The position numbers were made by a program, and so were the translations under genes. The notes under the pieces are model-generated. The model saw only the letters and a program-made list of their open reading frames with translations. It did not search any database and was not told the DNA's origin. A stretch of DNA of 57,021 nt, the filler included, from Sphacelaria rigidula (taxonomy: Eukaryota), in NCBI GenBank assembly GCA_964200075.2. It is 5 parts of 5 records of this genome, joined end to end, with 100 filler letters (N's around TTAATTAATTAA, not from the genome) between each part and the next. Parts side by side here need not be neighbours in the genome. Positions count along the whole stretch, not along the records: positions 11,426 to 22,749 come from CAXNAA020005061.1; positions 22,850 to 34,173 come from CAXNAA020005062.1; 3 more parts are not named here. One strand, given 5' to 3'. Shown here piece after piece: positions 12,702 to 25,184 of this stretch. Numbering within the stretch: position 1 is the stretch's first letter; each line of letters opens with the position of its first letter.

Positions 12702-15700
12702 TCTCAAACAATATCACCCCCGCAGTTGGATTCCTGTAGGATATGTCTGCTCCTGTTTGCGGTTGTTGTACGCCCAACACCACCACCGCCACCACCCGGA
12801 CTGGCTCTCAAGTATCCAAGGCTACGCACAGCACCAGTGTTGCGCTTGGTGAGCAGTAACAAATGACACACACCGGGTGCGCCGGCCTAGCTCTTTTTCC
12901 TCTCCCTCTCCTCCTCTCCTCTCAGCTGTCAACGACTTCTCGTGCTTTATTCCGGCGCTGATATGCGGCCTTGTGATGCGAGGTGTTCTGTGTTATGTAC
13001 TGCTGCTATGCGGGCGCTGCAGCCACCCAACAGCGTGTCGAGGGTGATTAACACGGAACGAAGAGTGTTCCGAAAAGGGCGTGAAATCAGTTCGTCTCAG
13101 CCTTTCAATAACAGAAGGATATTTCCAGCAGCTTAACTTGGCCTTCTTGAGGGCTACGATCTATGCTTTCCAGCTACAAGATGGACATCTGAAACCCACC
13201 GTGTGATGGACGTGGATCAGTTGCCGTCTGTGATACAACTGTTTTTTAGATATTTGTATTTGCCAAGTGATGGGTCCATACTCGCGGTCAATCATGTCGG
13301 GTTTGCCTGAACAACTTGCTGTTCCTGCAGCATTTTCCACAGGAAACCGTGCTATATGAATAGCGTAATATGTTAAACTCAAAGATATTGTAGAATGCAG
13401 TATTCATTGCTTTATCCGTCATTGATATAAAGTTTAATAAGATGATGTTGAGGACTGGCTGGTATTAAGTCTTACGATGTCCATCGCGACGTTGGTCAGA
13501 CCCGTGGTAAACCGTAGCGCATGGCGGTTCGGGTGACGAACGATCAACAGAGCATAAAACAGAGGGGATCATCTGGTACACAGGGCATCATCTAAAAGAA
13601 GGTAAAACGAGCAAGATAGCGTCAGAGATGCTGATTATCACGGAATAGGACGGGGGGAAAATGGTATTGTCCTGATGTTGTATACCCCTATCTTGAGATA
13701 AAGTACTATGCCTGCGTTAATAATGGTCATGCATGCACTCAGCAGTTCCGCCCTGCAGGGTTCAGTACTGTAACAACCCCGCGATGACACTCGTAGGTGC
13801 TAGCTCTCTGAACATATAAAGGCACGAAGAAGCGTGGAGCTTAACGAGGAATATTGAGATCACAGGTCGTGGGCCGGGTATATCAGGTGGGATTAAGCGT
13901 CGTACTGCACGTCGCTGTGCGACACACGCTGAGGTTTGTGCAAGGGTTAACTTTCTGTGGCGTTGTAACAACATTACCGAACATGTAGTCAATGAGGCAT
14001 TACTGACAGCGGCAGAAAGAACTGCCGCAGACAGAGAGGTGGCTGAGGAGAGCTGGGTACATCAAGTGTTATCTCTTGACGCTGATTCCAATGTGCATTA
14101 TCATAACCTTGTGCAGTGATATTATGTGGTAGAATCCCAACGTTTTTCCATGCTGCTTCTGACAAAGCTACATGTTGCTCTCCTTGAAATCTTTCAGCTT
14201 CTTGCTGACTTACTGCTCGTTCAAAGGGCAGACAGCACGAACGGTAGCGTAACGCCCGCTAGCCTACCTAAGAGACACACGGAGCACTGGACTGTGCGGG
14301 TACTGTATCGGATGTAAAGAAGTGGGCATTCCAAATCAATTTTCGACAGACGTCCGGAGCATTATCAAATAATGTTTCGAAATGGTCGAGGTATAGTTAT
14401 ACGTTGTGCTTGATATCAAGTTATTACGATGAACACCACTGTGCTTGACCTGGCGCCGGGGACGTGCCTCTGCACATGGTTTTTGTCGTCTCCTGTCGAG
14501 GTCATTTCGTAAGACTGGCGACATTCCTTATCCGAACCCGTAATGGAGCTACGCGACTGCAATGTTATCTTCGGTTGGCGCTGGGCACAGGAAGAAATAG
14601 GCGGAGGTCCCCGTATGGGGTGTTGATTCTCGCGTGCTGATGAAGCGCTTGTGCGCGAAAGATCCATGGCATGAGGGTTTGCCCCTTGATTTCTCTTCTC
14701 GTGCATGGTTTGCAAGATTGGTCGTTTTACTCCTGTGACAGGATTCGACACGATTGCCTCTAGGGCAGGTCATGTGCATCTCGCACTCAACTCTGAAGAG
14801 AAAATGATGCCTGCTCAACAGGTGGCCCACCCTGGCGGTCAAAGCGCGAAGGGTTGCAGAGGGTACTTGGGCTCGAGAGTATTCAAAACGAGGCAGTGTT
14901 CAAATTGCAGAGGGGGGGGTTGTGGAGGGGCGGGGCAAGGGGGTTACAAGATAGTACCGGCCTTTGCGACAATACTCAGGGCCATACATGTTATACTCGT
15001 ACTGCATCGTTTCCAGGGATTGGCATCAACCTGTTCAAATATATAGGCGCATTTTGCCAATTGAAATATGAGATCCTAATCGAAATTGGCTGCGGGTAAT
15101 ATTGGGCGACCCAGGGAGGCCAGGGATCAGAATGAAGATGATAAAAAAGGGGGGAGAGGGGAATCGGCACGAAAAAAGATACACACCTGTGAGAGGTGGG
15201 GCTGTGAAGTGGACCAGTTGAACCTGTCGATGATACTGGAACTGGACTTGACGTGGAACTGGCCGCTAGGGTGCCAGTTGCCTAGTTTATTTAAAGTTTG
15301 CCGTTACCAGCTGCGAAGTTTATTTTACACCAATGTTGGCATAGGGTAGTTTCTCACTATTCTAATCAAAGTTTCCGAGATATTCGGGCTCAACACACCA
15401 GGGAACTGATTGAAAGCCCGAAATTTGACAGATGGCGCATAATATTGTGTGAACAACGTTCGTGCAGTCGGATTTGAGCAGGGGATGCATGGTAGTGCAG
15501 GGGACATGGGATAGCCGTCTCCGCGGGTGCTTTCTACCGTCACGTTAGGGGTGGTATCCACCATTTTGGTCTATACCATTCAAATGGCAATACGTTTGGA
15601 TCACATGAAAGTTTTCTCACGATACCTGGAACATGGAAATAGAAGAATAAATATATCTCCTTATCCGGAGATTCGATGTACGCACTCTCCCTAAATCAAT

Positions 15701-15829
15701 AGTCACCCGGGTCGTCTCTACCGCTTTGGCCTGTTGCACACGAATGGCAATGCATTTAAACACACGAACACAACGATAAATAATTTCTACTACGCGAGTA
15801 ACAAATGGGTACACCCCCCCATTCCTCAT

Positions 15830-16125
15830 GCTAGAAGGGGTAATGCAGGACGTGAACGAAGGTGGCAGGAGACCGTTTGATGCATCAGACAGTAGGGAGA
15901 AAACGATGGCTATACTAGGAGATAGATGGTGGTCACAGACGGCGAAACAGGACGGGGATGAGATATGTAGAAGGTTTTCGTGCAATATATGGAAGAAATG
16001 TTATGAGCACCTAAGTGTTGGAAGTGTCTCTATTAGGAGTAGGAACGCTGCTCCGTCGCGTGGTCAATGGTCAAGTGGCTAAGGTAAGGCAAGCAATAAA
16101 TGAGTATGCCCCCCATTTCTCCCCA
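15830..16125 (+). mobile_element. LINE-like family A 3' end with C-rich tail
   Basis: DSREKTMAILGDRWWSQTAKQDGDEICRRFSCNIWKK...VSIRSRNAAP, ending AATAAATGAGTATGCCCCCC. Confidence 0.7.
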
Positions 16126-16527
16126 CCCGAGGATGAATCCCTCTATCCCGTCTCGGACAAGATGGGGATGTTATCTGCCGTGTTCGGTAGTTACATGGGC
16201 ACCCGAACACGTGGGGAATATCGTCAGGACGTATCCACCACATACCCTTCCCTTATGACCCCCTTTCCCCCCTCCATTCCTTCCCCCGGGCATGAGACAA
16301 ACGCATCCCCTCCCTGAACAATGTCAGCGAAAAGGGAGGGGTGTTATCCGACGTTCAAGCCATTCGCGGTCGGACAACAACGAATCCGGGCTCGTGACCT
16401 GTACCAATAGAGCGCGAACAATCTACCCTAACTAGTGATGGATGTAGTTTTTTCTTGAAAAGGTTACAGACACCACGGGGAAGACTTTTTCGTGCCTCCG
16501 GCGGCGCGCGGGGTCCCCTCACCATCC

Positions 16528-16587
16528 TCGGGGGGCGGGAGCGAGCGTACTCAATTGTTGCTTGCCTTCGTCGTTTGACCACTGACT
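16528..16587 (-). mobile_element. LINE-like family A short 3' terminus
   Basis: Reverse complement GTGGTCAAACGACGAAGGCAAGCAACAATTGAGTACGCTCGCTCCCGCCCCCC. Confidence 0.65.
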
Positions 16588-16858
16588 AAACGGGGAGGGA
16601 GGTGAAGCTCTCGGTTTTGTCTCTCGCCGTCGATGTTTTCACCATTGATGTACCGATCGCTGGCGCGGCCACTTTAAACTTCACTGATCGGAGCCGCCAG
16701 CTCACTGCCCGAATCACAGGGCTATCGCAGACCGTGAGGGACGTGGGTAACCGCACACTTGGCCGGCTCTAGGTATCTCTGTACGTTGTTCCCGCTTATC
16801 TCACCAATTGGTCTGTACAGTACAGTATAAGCACAGTACGTAGTCTCCGCACTTTCTA

Positions 16859-16915
16859 ACAGGGTACCGTGACTTCTTGACAGGGTACCGTGACTTCCTG
16901 GCAGGGTACTGTGAT
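16859..16915. repeat. 21-bp minisatellite, ~3 copies
   Basis: ACAGGGTACCGTGACTTCTTG / ACAGGGTACCGTGACTTCCTG / GCAGGGTACTGTGA. Confidence 0.8.
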
Positions 16916-18479
16916 ACTCGACCACATATGTGTGAATCTCTTTGCCGCGGCCTTGTCCAGTTTTTTCAGATCTAAGTTCGCCCACTGGAGTCTGCTGCAA
17001 TATAGCACGTGTATGATGACAAAACACGGGCGTGCCGTTGTAAGATTCCATCACACCATTGATGTCTCCCGTTCGATCGACTATTTTATTTTATTGTTAT
17101 TTCCGCACATTCATCCTGTTTCTCGAACCCGTGGTCACAGACGTAGGCTGGCTTTTGCCAGTGTCGTCACTACTATTCGTTACATCAGATAAAAGCGTCC
17201 ATCGAGCAGTTCCTCTGAAACCCCCAGAAACCAAAGCCGAAATGAAATAGAGCAAGAAAAGATGTATGTCAAGAACGCAAAGGGAAGGAGTCTTATCCAG
17301 TGCAATCGCTGATGGAGCCCAGCCAGCGCGATGCGGCGCCATGTTTGGCGATAATACTGCGTCTCTTCGTGATGTGGGTGGCGTGTGAACCTCCCGTGGT
17401 GAGTCTCTCACGACTAATTATTGATAAAAAAAATCGCGGCACCCAAGACTGAATAGCCCTTCGATGCCTATTCAACAGATGATCTACTACGGGCGATCGA
17501 AGGGCTGACACAACAGGCTTCCGCTTCAAGTGATGGTGGACTGTACCCCTTACTGGCCAAGCGGGAGGGGGGGAAACCCCTCTTCGTCTTCACTCTATAT
17601 CTTAATGCTGCTCGATGTCTTCCCTTTGACTTCCTAGTACTGCACTGTACCCCTTTTTAGGCTCTTGGGTGCCAGACTTTCTTTCGAAACACTCATCACC
17701 CGCCGGCGTTTGATGCCGGTTTAGCTCGATGCAAACCCGAAGCAATACTGTTCTTCGTCCAGCTTCCTCTATCTTTTTCGAGCAGTACCCTCGACGATGA
17801 AGACATTGTTTATTCCGTGTTGTCGTCGAGTAATGCTACGGTAGGGATGGACAAATACTTTCTGAGGTTAGAATTGTCAGAGCCTTTATCTCATCCAAAA
17901 CAAGACTTGTGAAACAATTGTGAGTATGCCAAGATTACTATTGCAATGTGCTAGGGATATCCCGAATGAATTTGCAAACGGGGATGCCCTGGCCCACATT
18001 CTTGTGCATCTACAATCGTCAAGAGCCCCTGAACCAGACAACATTTTGCTCAAAAAGTGCACCCCTACCGTAGCATTGCTCCGTCGCCAATCATTCCATA
18101 TTGCTTCACCGTAGAAGTTGCTTTTCCACATCTTGACAGCGATCTACGAAGGAATTATGTGAAAGATCTCGCGGACAAGGGTCTAACCCCTTGCCCGCGA
18201 AGGTAGGCCACCTGCTCTATCGGCATCAAAATTAACCTGAAGGAATTGTGCGCAATCCAGATAGACTACCCGCACCGCGGTCTAAGGGTTAACCTGCATG
18301 TGAAAGGTCGTGTTCTGTATGGTATATCGGCTGAAACTCGGGTGTTTACAGATGTGTAAACAGGGCATTTTAGGGGGTAAATTCCCTTCCGAACTGTGTC
18401 GGAGTGCTCGAAACAGGGCTCGATACCCTGCCGACCCTACCGAAAATTTCCGCTACACATTCTTGTATGGTTTGGCATG

Positions 18480-18923
18480 TGTTGTGTGTGTGTCTGTGTG
18501 TCTGTCATCCCATCTTTTCTGGACACCAGTCTACACATTTCGGTGTATGCAGGCGCATCAGCCGGGGTCACATGGGAGGGAGGACAATACAGAAGTTTTT
18601 CTTTTCCATTTTGTTTTTGTGCTCCGCTGTCCTTATCTTTCGGTATATGTGCGCGCACCAGCCGGGGACACACAGGAGGAAAACCAACAACACAAGAGTT
18701 TTTGTTTTTTTGGTCTTTCTTTTTGTTGAAGTACTCCACCTTCTTTCTGCCGTGCTTACCTTGCCCTCGTCGATCGTGAAGTCGAACGTTGTGTACCCAC
18801 GACACAGTCACCCTCCACTGTTGGGCATTGTGTGAGGAAAAATCCCAGATTGCCCCGAGATTTGAACCCACGACCCAACCGTCAGAGGGTTTCGGGGTTA
18901 CCAAGTGAGCCACCGGGGCGACC
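18480..18923 (-). mobile_element. tRNA-derived SINE, copy 1, with ~100-bp internal tandem duplication and (AC)n tail
   Basis: Head GGTCGCCCCGGTGGCTCACTTGG (A box) ... GGGTTCAAATC (B box); body shared with 48133-48493 and 52336-52640; CAGCCGGGG(T/A)CACA segment duplicated at ~18540 and ~18640. Confidence 0.8.
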
Positions 18924-19854
18924 GTACTGCGGTGCTTGCCTTCTTTTTTTCTTTACCGCCCTCCCGGGCATACCCTACAAAATACAATTTTGCATTCTCA
19001 TACCCTCTTCTCATGCTCCGTTTACCGGCGAGGTGGACACATGCATTATACGAGCAGGGGGCGCTAGCCGGTGTGAAGGCAATGAAGGAATGACTAAGAA
19101 GAAGTGACAAGGATGAAGCGCGTGTAAACTTCGAAATATTGACTCGCTAGCAGCAGATATCTTGAGCGATCGGCACTGCTGCAGGCACCTCGAAGTCTTC
19201 AGTGGTTTGATCAAAAGTCTCCCGGGGGGCAGCAAATTGTTCAAGTCATGTTACTTTCTAAAATATTTAGGAAACGATGTGGTAATACTGACTACTGTGC
19301 TTGGGGTTTTGTCCCACATTAGGCCTACCAGTGGAAGGCTACTTTGTCGTGAGAAGATCAAAATCGACTTTTACCGTCCGCGAGGTAAAAGGAAGGTGAT
19401 ACACTTCTCGTGATGAAAGTTGTGTCCGATACCGCAGAAGGGGGTAGGAAAATAACAAATCCTGTGTGACCCCGGCTGGTGCTCTCATATACACCGGAAG
19501 GTTGACAGTAGGCGCCCAAAAAGACTAGGCGACGAAAATACACACTATCGAATTGCACAAGTACCGTACTGTATATTTGCATCATTCAGTTTCTGCATCC
19601 TTACACGGCATGGTACCGTTTGTGTCGAGATCTTGCACCAAGAAGGTTCCGCCGGCAATTCAAGAACGTGCTGATGATACTCACCCTCTTTTTTGTTCCA
19701 TGTCTTGATAATACTTGACGGAGCGCTTTCGATTTGCAAGACGAGATAAAACGGTTCTCCGAGCGAAACGTGCTCTTACCCCTGAGTATAGCCCATTTCC
19801 ATATATATATATATATATCTGTACAGCGGAGGAGGATTGCACGGGCAAAAATCT

Positions 19855-19991
19855 CACACCCTGGACAAGAAATACATTAGCAAAAAATGTACTGCGTACA
19901 GTATCGACTACTGCGTCTATCGCAATAGACAAAATATTCCATACTGTGCGCAGTACACTTTTTGGGAATGGAATCTATTATCCAGGGTGTG
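19855..19991. mobile_element. 137-bp palindromic MITE with 8-bp TSD (hAT-like)
   Basis: TIR CACACCCTGGA...TCCAGGGTGTG; inner IR TGTACTGCGTACAGTAT / ATACTGTGCGCAGTACA; flanks AAAAATCT / AAAAACCT. Confidence 0.8.
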
Positions 19992-22676
19992 AAAAACCTA
20001 AAGACGCGATCGCACGGCCGATTGGATGACGATACTCGGATATTCCAATACGGCACTACACCAGCCAGGAATTCGTTAACTTATTCACGGTGTACCTTCG
20101 TATGTCTTGAATATGCACATCTATCAGGTGTATCTTGGACACAACCACCCGGGGCGAAGGCCCGCGAGGGCGGGGTTGGTGCGGAAGGGGGGGAAGAGGC
20201 ATGCCCTCAGACCAGAATTTGTCTTCCGGGTGACTGGGATATAAACGCGACCTACTTCGGGCGAGCCGGTGGGCGCACGGGAGGATCGGAGGGGAAACGC
20301 AAGATTGAGTTGAGGGACGTGGGAGGGTGAAAGGTAGAGAGGCTGAGGTGGGTTGGGCGAACGAGGCGCGAGGACGAGGGAGGCGATATTTGTCATCAGC
20401 AGCATGTCGAACATTCACCAGCTGCTGCAGGTCCTGCAGGTGAGGGTGGCCAGCGTTTGTGTGTTTTGTGCTTCGATCTCGGGTAAAATCAAACTGTGCC
20501 GGACGGAGAGCCCAAACTTCTCAATTCGACGATTTTACCACGTATTAATAGTGTTGATATGGTGAGACACCCGCGAGGCAGTGTGTAATCCATGGTTGTT
20601 TCCGGAAGTGGCAATGTCAGAAAATGAGGCAATTCATTATAGGCTGTCATCCATATGGAAGATAATCAGAAGGCCTCGGGTCGAGCAATCTCAGCAGGAT
20701 GCAGCTCACCCTTCATCCGATTCGCCGAACACATTACGGCGCTTCGCGCTTGGTGGTTGATTTTGAGCCTGGTGCGGCGAAAACCCGGCGTGCTCCTTCC
20801 CGGCTTGGTAGGGATGCGAGGTCAATGATCATGTGACCACGACATGTGAGATCATCAGTATCCCTGCCCCCGACCACCACCATCAGCCTGGTCCGGCGAT
20901 CATCAGTACCTCTGCCCTCCCTAGGTACCTCCGTCCTGCATGCCGTCTCCGGTTGATGACTTTGGGGGTCCCGAAAATCCATCACCAGTGACGGTTTTGA
21001 ACAGTGTCATTCACAGAGTGTGTCCACACGACCGCACCTCCACTCGGTGGCCGCCTTCATCTTCTCCCGTCAGAACGTCTCGCAACGGGTACACCATTGT
21101 AGTGAAGTACCCCCCCTCTACCCCCCCCTCCCCCTAACATACACACACCAGAGAATAAATGCTTTTGAATGGTTGTCCACTGAAACTCATCTCTTTCTAT
21201 CGCGGGTCTGAACAAAAGATCTGATGTGGCTGTCCGATTATTTCATCGGTCATGCCTTCCTGCGCTCGCCTCGTTCTTTTGGGGCCAGATACGGCCTTTT
21301 CACAGTTGTTTCTAAGCCAATCATGGATTTCTCATTCGCAATCCGAGCAACGCCCCGGCGCGATATATTAATTTTCTCGACAAAATACGGAAACCCTCAG
21401 AATAGTTTATGAGCCCAGTATGGATTTCTCACGGCTCAGGCAGCGCCAAGGCTTGGCCAAGGCATCATTCTTCTCGTCTTTACTAGATCATGAGTCGGTA
21501 CAACTGCGACATGATGGAAAATAACACCGTAATAACATATGCGTGCCCCCACCCGTTTGTTTCAGCCGATGTGAAAGATTTCGGGGCATGGCCCCCGAGA
21601 AATCTGGTGACGTGTCGTCTCGTACCAGATCAATTTTGGCGACCAAAACGCATCCTTAATGGTGCTTACCTCCGGTTTTGTTTTTTCCTTCTCTTCTTGG
21701 GGAGTTTTCGTTTTTTGGTCATGATCTGCAAGTCTAGCGCGTGGCCTGCAGTCGAACGGTACAGCGCAGTTGATTGCAAGTGCAGTAGCCCACCATGGTC
21801 GTACTTCGAGTGCCGAAAATGAAGAAACTTCTGAACTGGATCAGGACACATTTTCGCACTGGTTGATCGATCGGCTGATCTGTGAGCATACCGAGATACT
21901 TCTTCAGAACCTGATCGGAATATCGGGTGATTGTGTGAGGGATATCTGCCTTTTTTGCGTTTCGATCGTGCACGCGTATCTCAGGATACTACAGGTTTAT
22001 TCCCCTTTAACAATCATGTTCTACGCACTGCATTATTCATTTGTCTACGGTCGCTTGTTGTAAAGAACGCGAAAATTTTTTTTCCTCTAATTCAACCATT
22101 TGCCCGCTGGAGTTGATCATTTGTGAAATCAGCATCACTTTTGCTTGAAGAATAAAAACTGAAAATGGTACCAACTCCACATACGGATCACCTCCAGCGA
22201 TCAAGAGGTAAGATTGGAATCTCGATTTTGGCACATTCGACGACACGTTTGTTTGTTTTTCGCTGTTGAACACAGAAAACACCGCCGCCGTATGTCTTGG
22301 ACTCGTGTATATCGCCTCGCCTAGAGGAGCGTAACCCACTCTCCTGACACGCCAGTTTTCTTGCACACGGCCACTTGCCAAAATTCGAACTGGGTATGTG
22401 AAGGCGTTCTGGTGGCTGATCGTTTCGGTATTCACTGAAAGTTCCACATTCGTACGATTACGTGGACATCACTTTTTCTCCCCTTATTTTCCCTACCATC
22501 TTCAGGGGAATTTTTGGCAAGTGACTTTGAAGTGGAACTTTGGAGCCTACTGTAGCAAAATCATGAAGTGGGCCATGCTCCTTACTCTCAGTGAGGTGAT
22601 GCGAAGTGCCCGAAACATGTAGCGATTATATTTCGGAATTTGGGGGGAGGGGGGAGGCGAAGATGGGTCGAATTTC

Positions 22677-22749
22677 CATACCCTGGACAAAAGAATACAC
22701 GGTCAAAGAATGTACTGCGTACAGTATGGAATCTACTGTCTATTGCAAT
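22677..22749. mobile_element. Second copy of the 19855 MITE family, cut by contig end
   Basis: CATACCCTGGACAAAAGAATAC...AATGTACTGCGTACAGTAT...GTCTATTGCAAT aligns with 19855-19927. Confidence 0.75.
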
Positions 22750-22849
22750 NNNNNNNNNNNNNNNNNNNNNNNNNNNNNNNNNNNNNNNNNNNNTTAATTA
22801 ATTAANNNNNNNNNNNNNNNNNNNNNNNNNNNNNNNNNNNNNNNNNNNN
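22750..22849. other. Artificial contig spacer
   Basis: N44-TTAATTAATTAA-N44. Confidence 0.97.
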
Positions 22850-22921
22850 ATCAGATGCCCAGTACGAATGTACCGCGCAGATATCGGAACGTTTTTTTTA
22901 TGTTGAAGACAACAACAACAA
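22850..22921 (+). mobile_element. Retroposon family B 3' end with (ACA)n tail (RTE-like)
   Basis: ATCAGATGCCCAGTACGAATGTACCGCGCAGATATCGGAAC...GAAGACAACAACAACAA; copies at ~45955 and ~54466. Confidence 0.75.
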
Positions 22922-23466
22922 GTCAGTTGTGCCCCGGCCACAAAGTGATGGTGCTTAACAACTTGTGTTTGTAACACGATGCATGTCGTACTGCACGCGC
23001 GCAGTGTCTGAGACGGCACGCAGACGAGACCTCCAGCGCGACAAGGCGTTTGGTAGTAGTGTGTGAACCGGTGAGCAGGGGGTGTAAAAAGCATGTAGAG
23101 AACGTCAGAGTTCCGGCTGAGGTTGTTGTAATTTGAAAGCAAGCCAACCGGTTCTCGACAGAAAAACGCAGTTTCGCTGGTCAATTTTGAGTTGATATAT
23201 GTACATGAGGTATGTGCGAAGCCCCTATCGTTTCCCCTTCTCTGTTCATAAGTTATTGGTGATCGAAAATTCGGAACAATTCATTTCGGTACAAAATCGT
23301 CGATAACTCATTGAAAAACACTCAAGGGGGGACAACAGGGTCCTTACAACATACCTGATGCACATCGTGTCAAACTTTCGTGGGAAAATACTTGAACTTA
23401 AGAGCGTAACCGCGCTTCAATTTCTCGTGGCTGGTCCATCCCCACGTAGGAACCGGTCTTCGACAC

Positions 23467-23764
23467 GAACACACAATTATGCAACTCAATTTTGGGTCGT
23501 TTTTTTTTCCATGAATTTTCGACGCAATGTACAGGGTGTAGTGTATGTGTGAAGACTCCATCATCTGCTCCCAACATTTTTTCTTTTTCGGGTAGCTATC
23601 GGCGACTCAACATTTTGGAACGTTTTTTGAAACTAAATCATGAATAAATAACGAAAAAAAAAACAAGAGGGGGCAGATGATGGAGTCTTTACAGATACGT
23701 CCTGTACATCGTGTCAAAAATTCATCAAAAGCGGCCCAAAATTGAGCTGCATAATCTCGTGTTC
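23467..23764. repeat. Inverted repeat with ~100-bp arms and ~95-bp spacer (foldback element)
   Basis: GAACAC...ATTATGCAACTCAATTTTGGG...TGTACAGG...AGACTCCATCATCTGC (23467-23572) is complementary to GCAGATGATGGAGTCT...CCTGTACA...CCCAAAATTGAGCTGCATAAT...GTGTTC (23668-23764). Confidence 0.8.
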
Positions 23765-25184
23765 ATACCCCTGTCCGCGTCTTGGGCGGCCCAGCCTGTA
23801 CGGTATATCCTTTACACCAGACAACCTCTAGTTGTTCTTCGCAAATACGTTCTGTCGGTTATGCCCGCTGCTTTTCATTACACTCCTTCGTACACGACGT
23901 GTGTTCACCACTTGGCCGATTGACTTAAAAAAAAAAAATCCGGAATATATTATTCCGAACAACGCCAACGCTAATCCCAGCCCCAACAGAACGCATACCG
24001 AGAACCCTCGTGCGAGCAGAGTGAAAAGTGCTCCCTGGACAAATCTTGGCGTTGGGAGACCTCAATCTTGACGAAAAAGCGCTCTGCGCACAACTGCGGC
24101 TGTCAGCCCCACAAAACATCCGAATATGGGTGTTTGCGCTCGAATCATGTAATAGTGTTGCGGGAGAGTTTAATCGACCAAGTGGTGACACTACAGTCTT
24201 CATCCAAGGACGCCAATGAGGAATTGTTCGCCGAAACATTTCATACCTGCTCCTCGGTGGGGGACACTATGACTACAATAGAGAAAACATGAAAAGTATG
24301 GCTACACAAAATCAGCGCCTAGCTACCTCAACGTAATGTGAAATTTAAAGAGAACTTTTGAGCACCATCGTATTTACCCGTCACTTCCACTGTTCTACAT
24401 ATGCCCTCCGAAGAACAGAAGCAAAATACGAGTCTCAGAAATTAGGGAATCGAACTTACAGTTTTGGGCGGCGAGTTGATGGTTGCTTGCTGAAAGGCGT
24501 CTTAACCCACGCCGCCGACGGTGGAGGATGACAGCGGTGCGCCGCCGTCCCGGTCCCCGGCCCTTCTTTCGTGACGCCAATACCATTCCCACCATGTGGA
24601 TGCCCTCCTCCTCCTTCTCCTAATCCTGGCGTACCAAAAATACATGCAGCCACTAGTGCATCACTCAAAACGATTAAAAAAAAACACACAGACCCATACA
24701 GGCGAAGAAGCTAGAACACATATGCACGAAACTACGTGGACCAGAAGAACATAAAATAACACGTTTGCCTTCCTGCATAGAATTACATTGTTCCAAGGCA
24801 TACACAACGAGAAGTAACCTCATGATCATGCAGGCAGCGTCACAAACTGAATACAAACGCCCACGTCTTGCTTGATCAATGCTCCGGAACTGCCACAATA
24901 TCATCATTTGAAGCGGACCGGAAACTGGAGATGCCAACGATCTCTCGTATATCAACCACTGGACATGCGTGAATAACATCCCTCTATTAACACGCTGTAC
25001 GATACATAAGTCAGGGAATGGTGACCACGGAGTTCTCAGTGCGCTATCAAAGTGGAAAATCTTCAAAAGCGGGGAGCAGCTCTGCTACGTCGTCTATGTT
25101 TCGCAGGAAAACGTCATCCAATGACATTGTTCTTATACGGAGTCTGACGCCCGCGGTGTTCGCTTCAACACACTTCTTGATTCT

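Noticed and set aside
16859-16915. CRISPR-like short repeats (also 1151-1565 and 37517-37657)
   Set aside because: No unique spacers of regular length, no cas genes, eukaryotic context.
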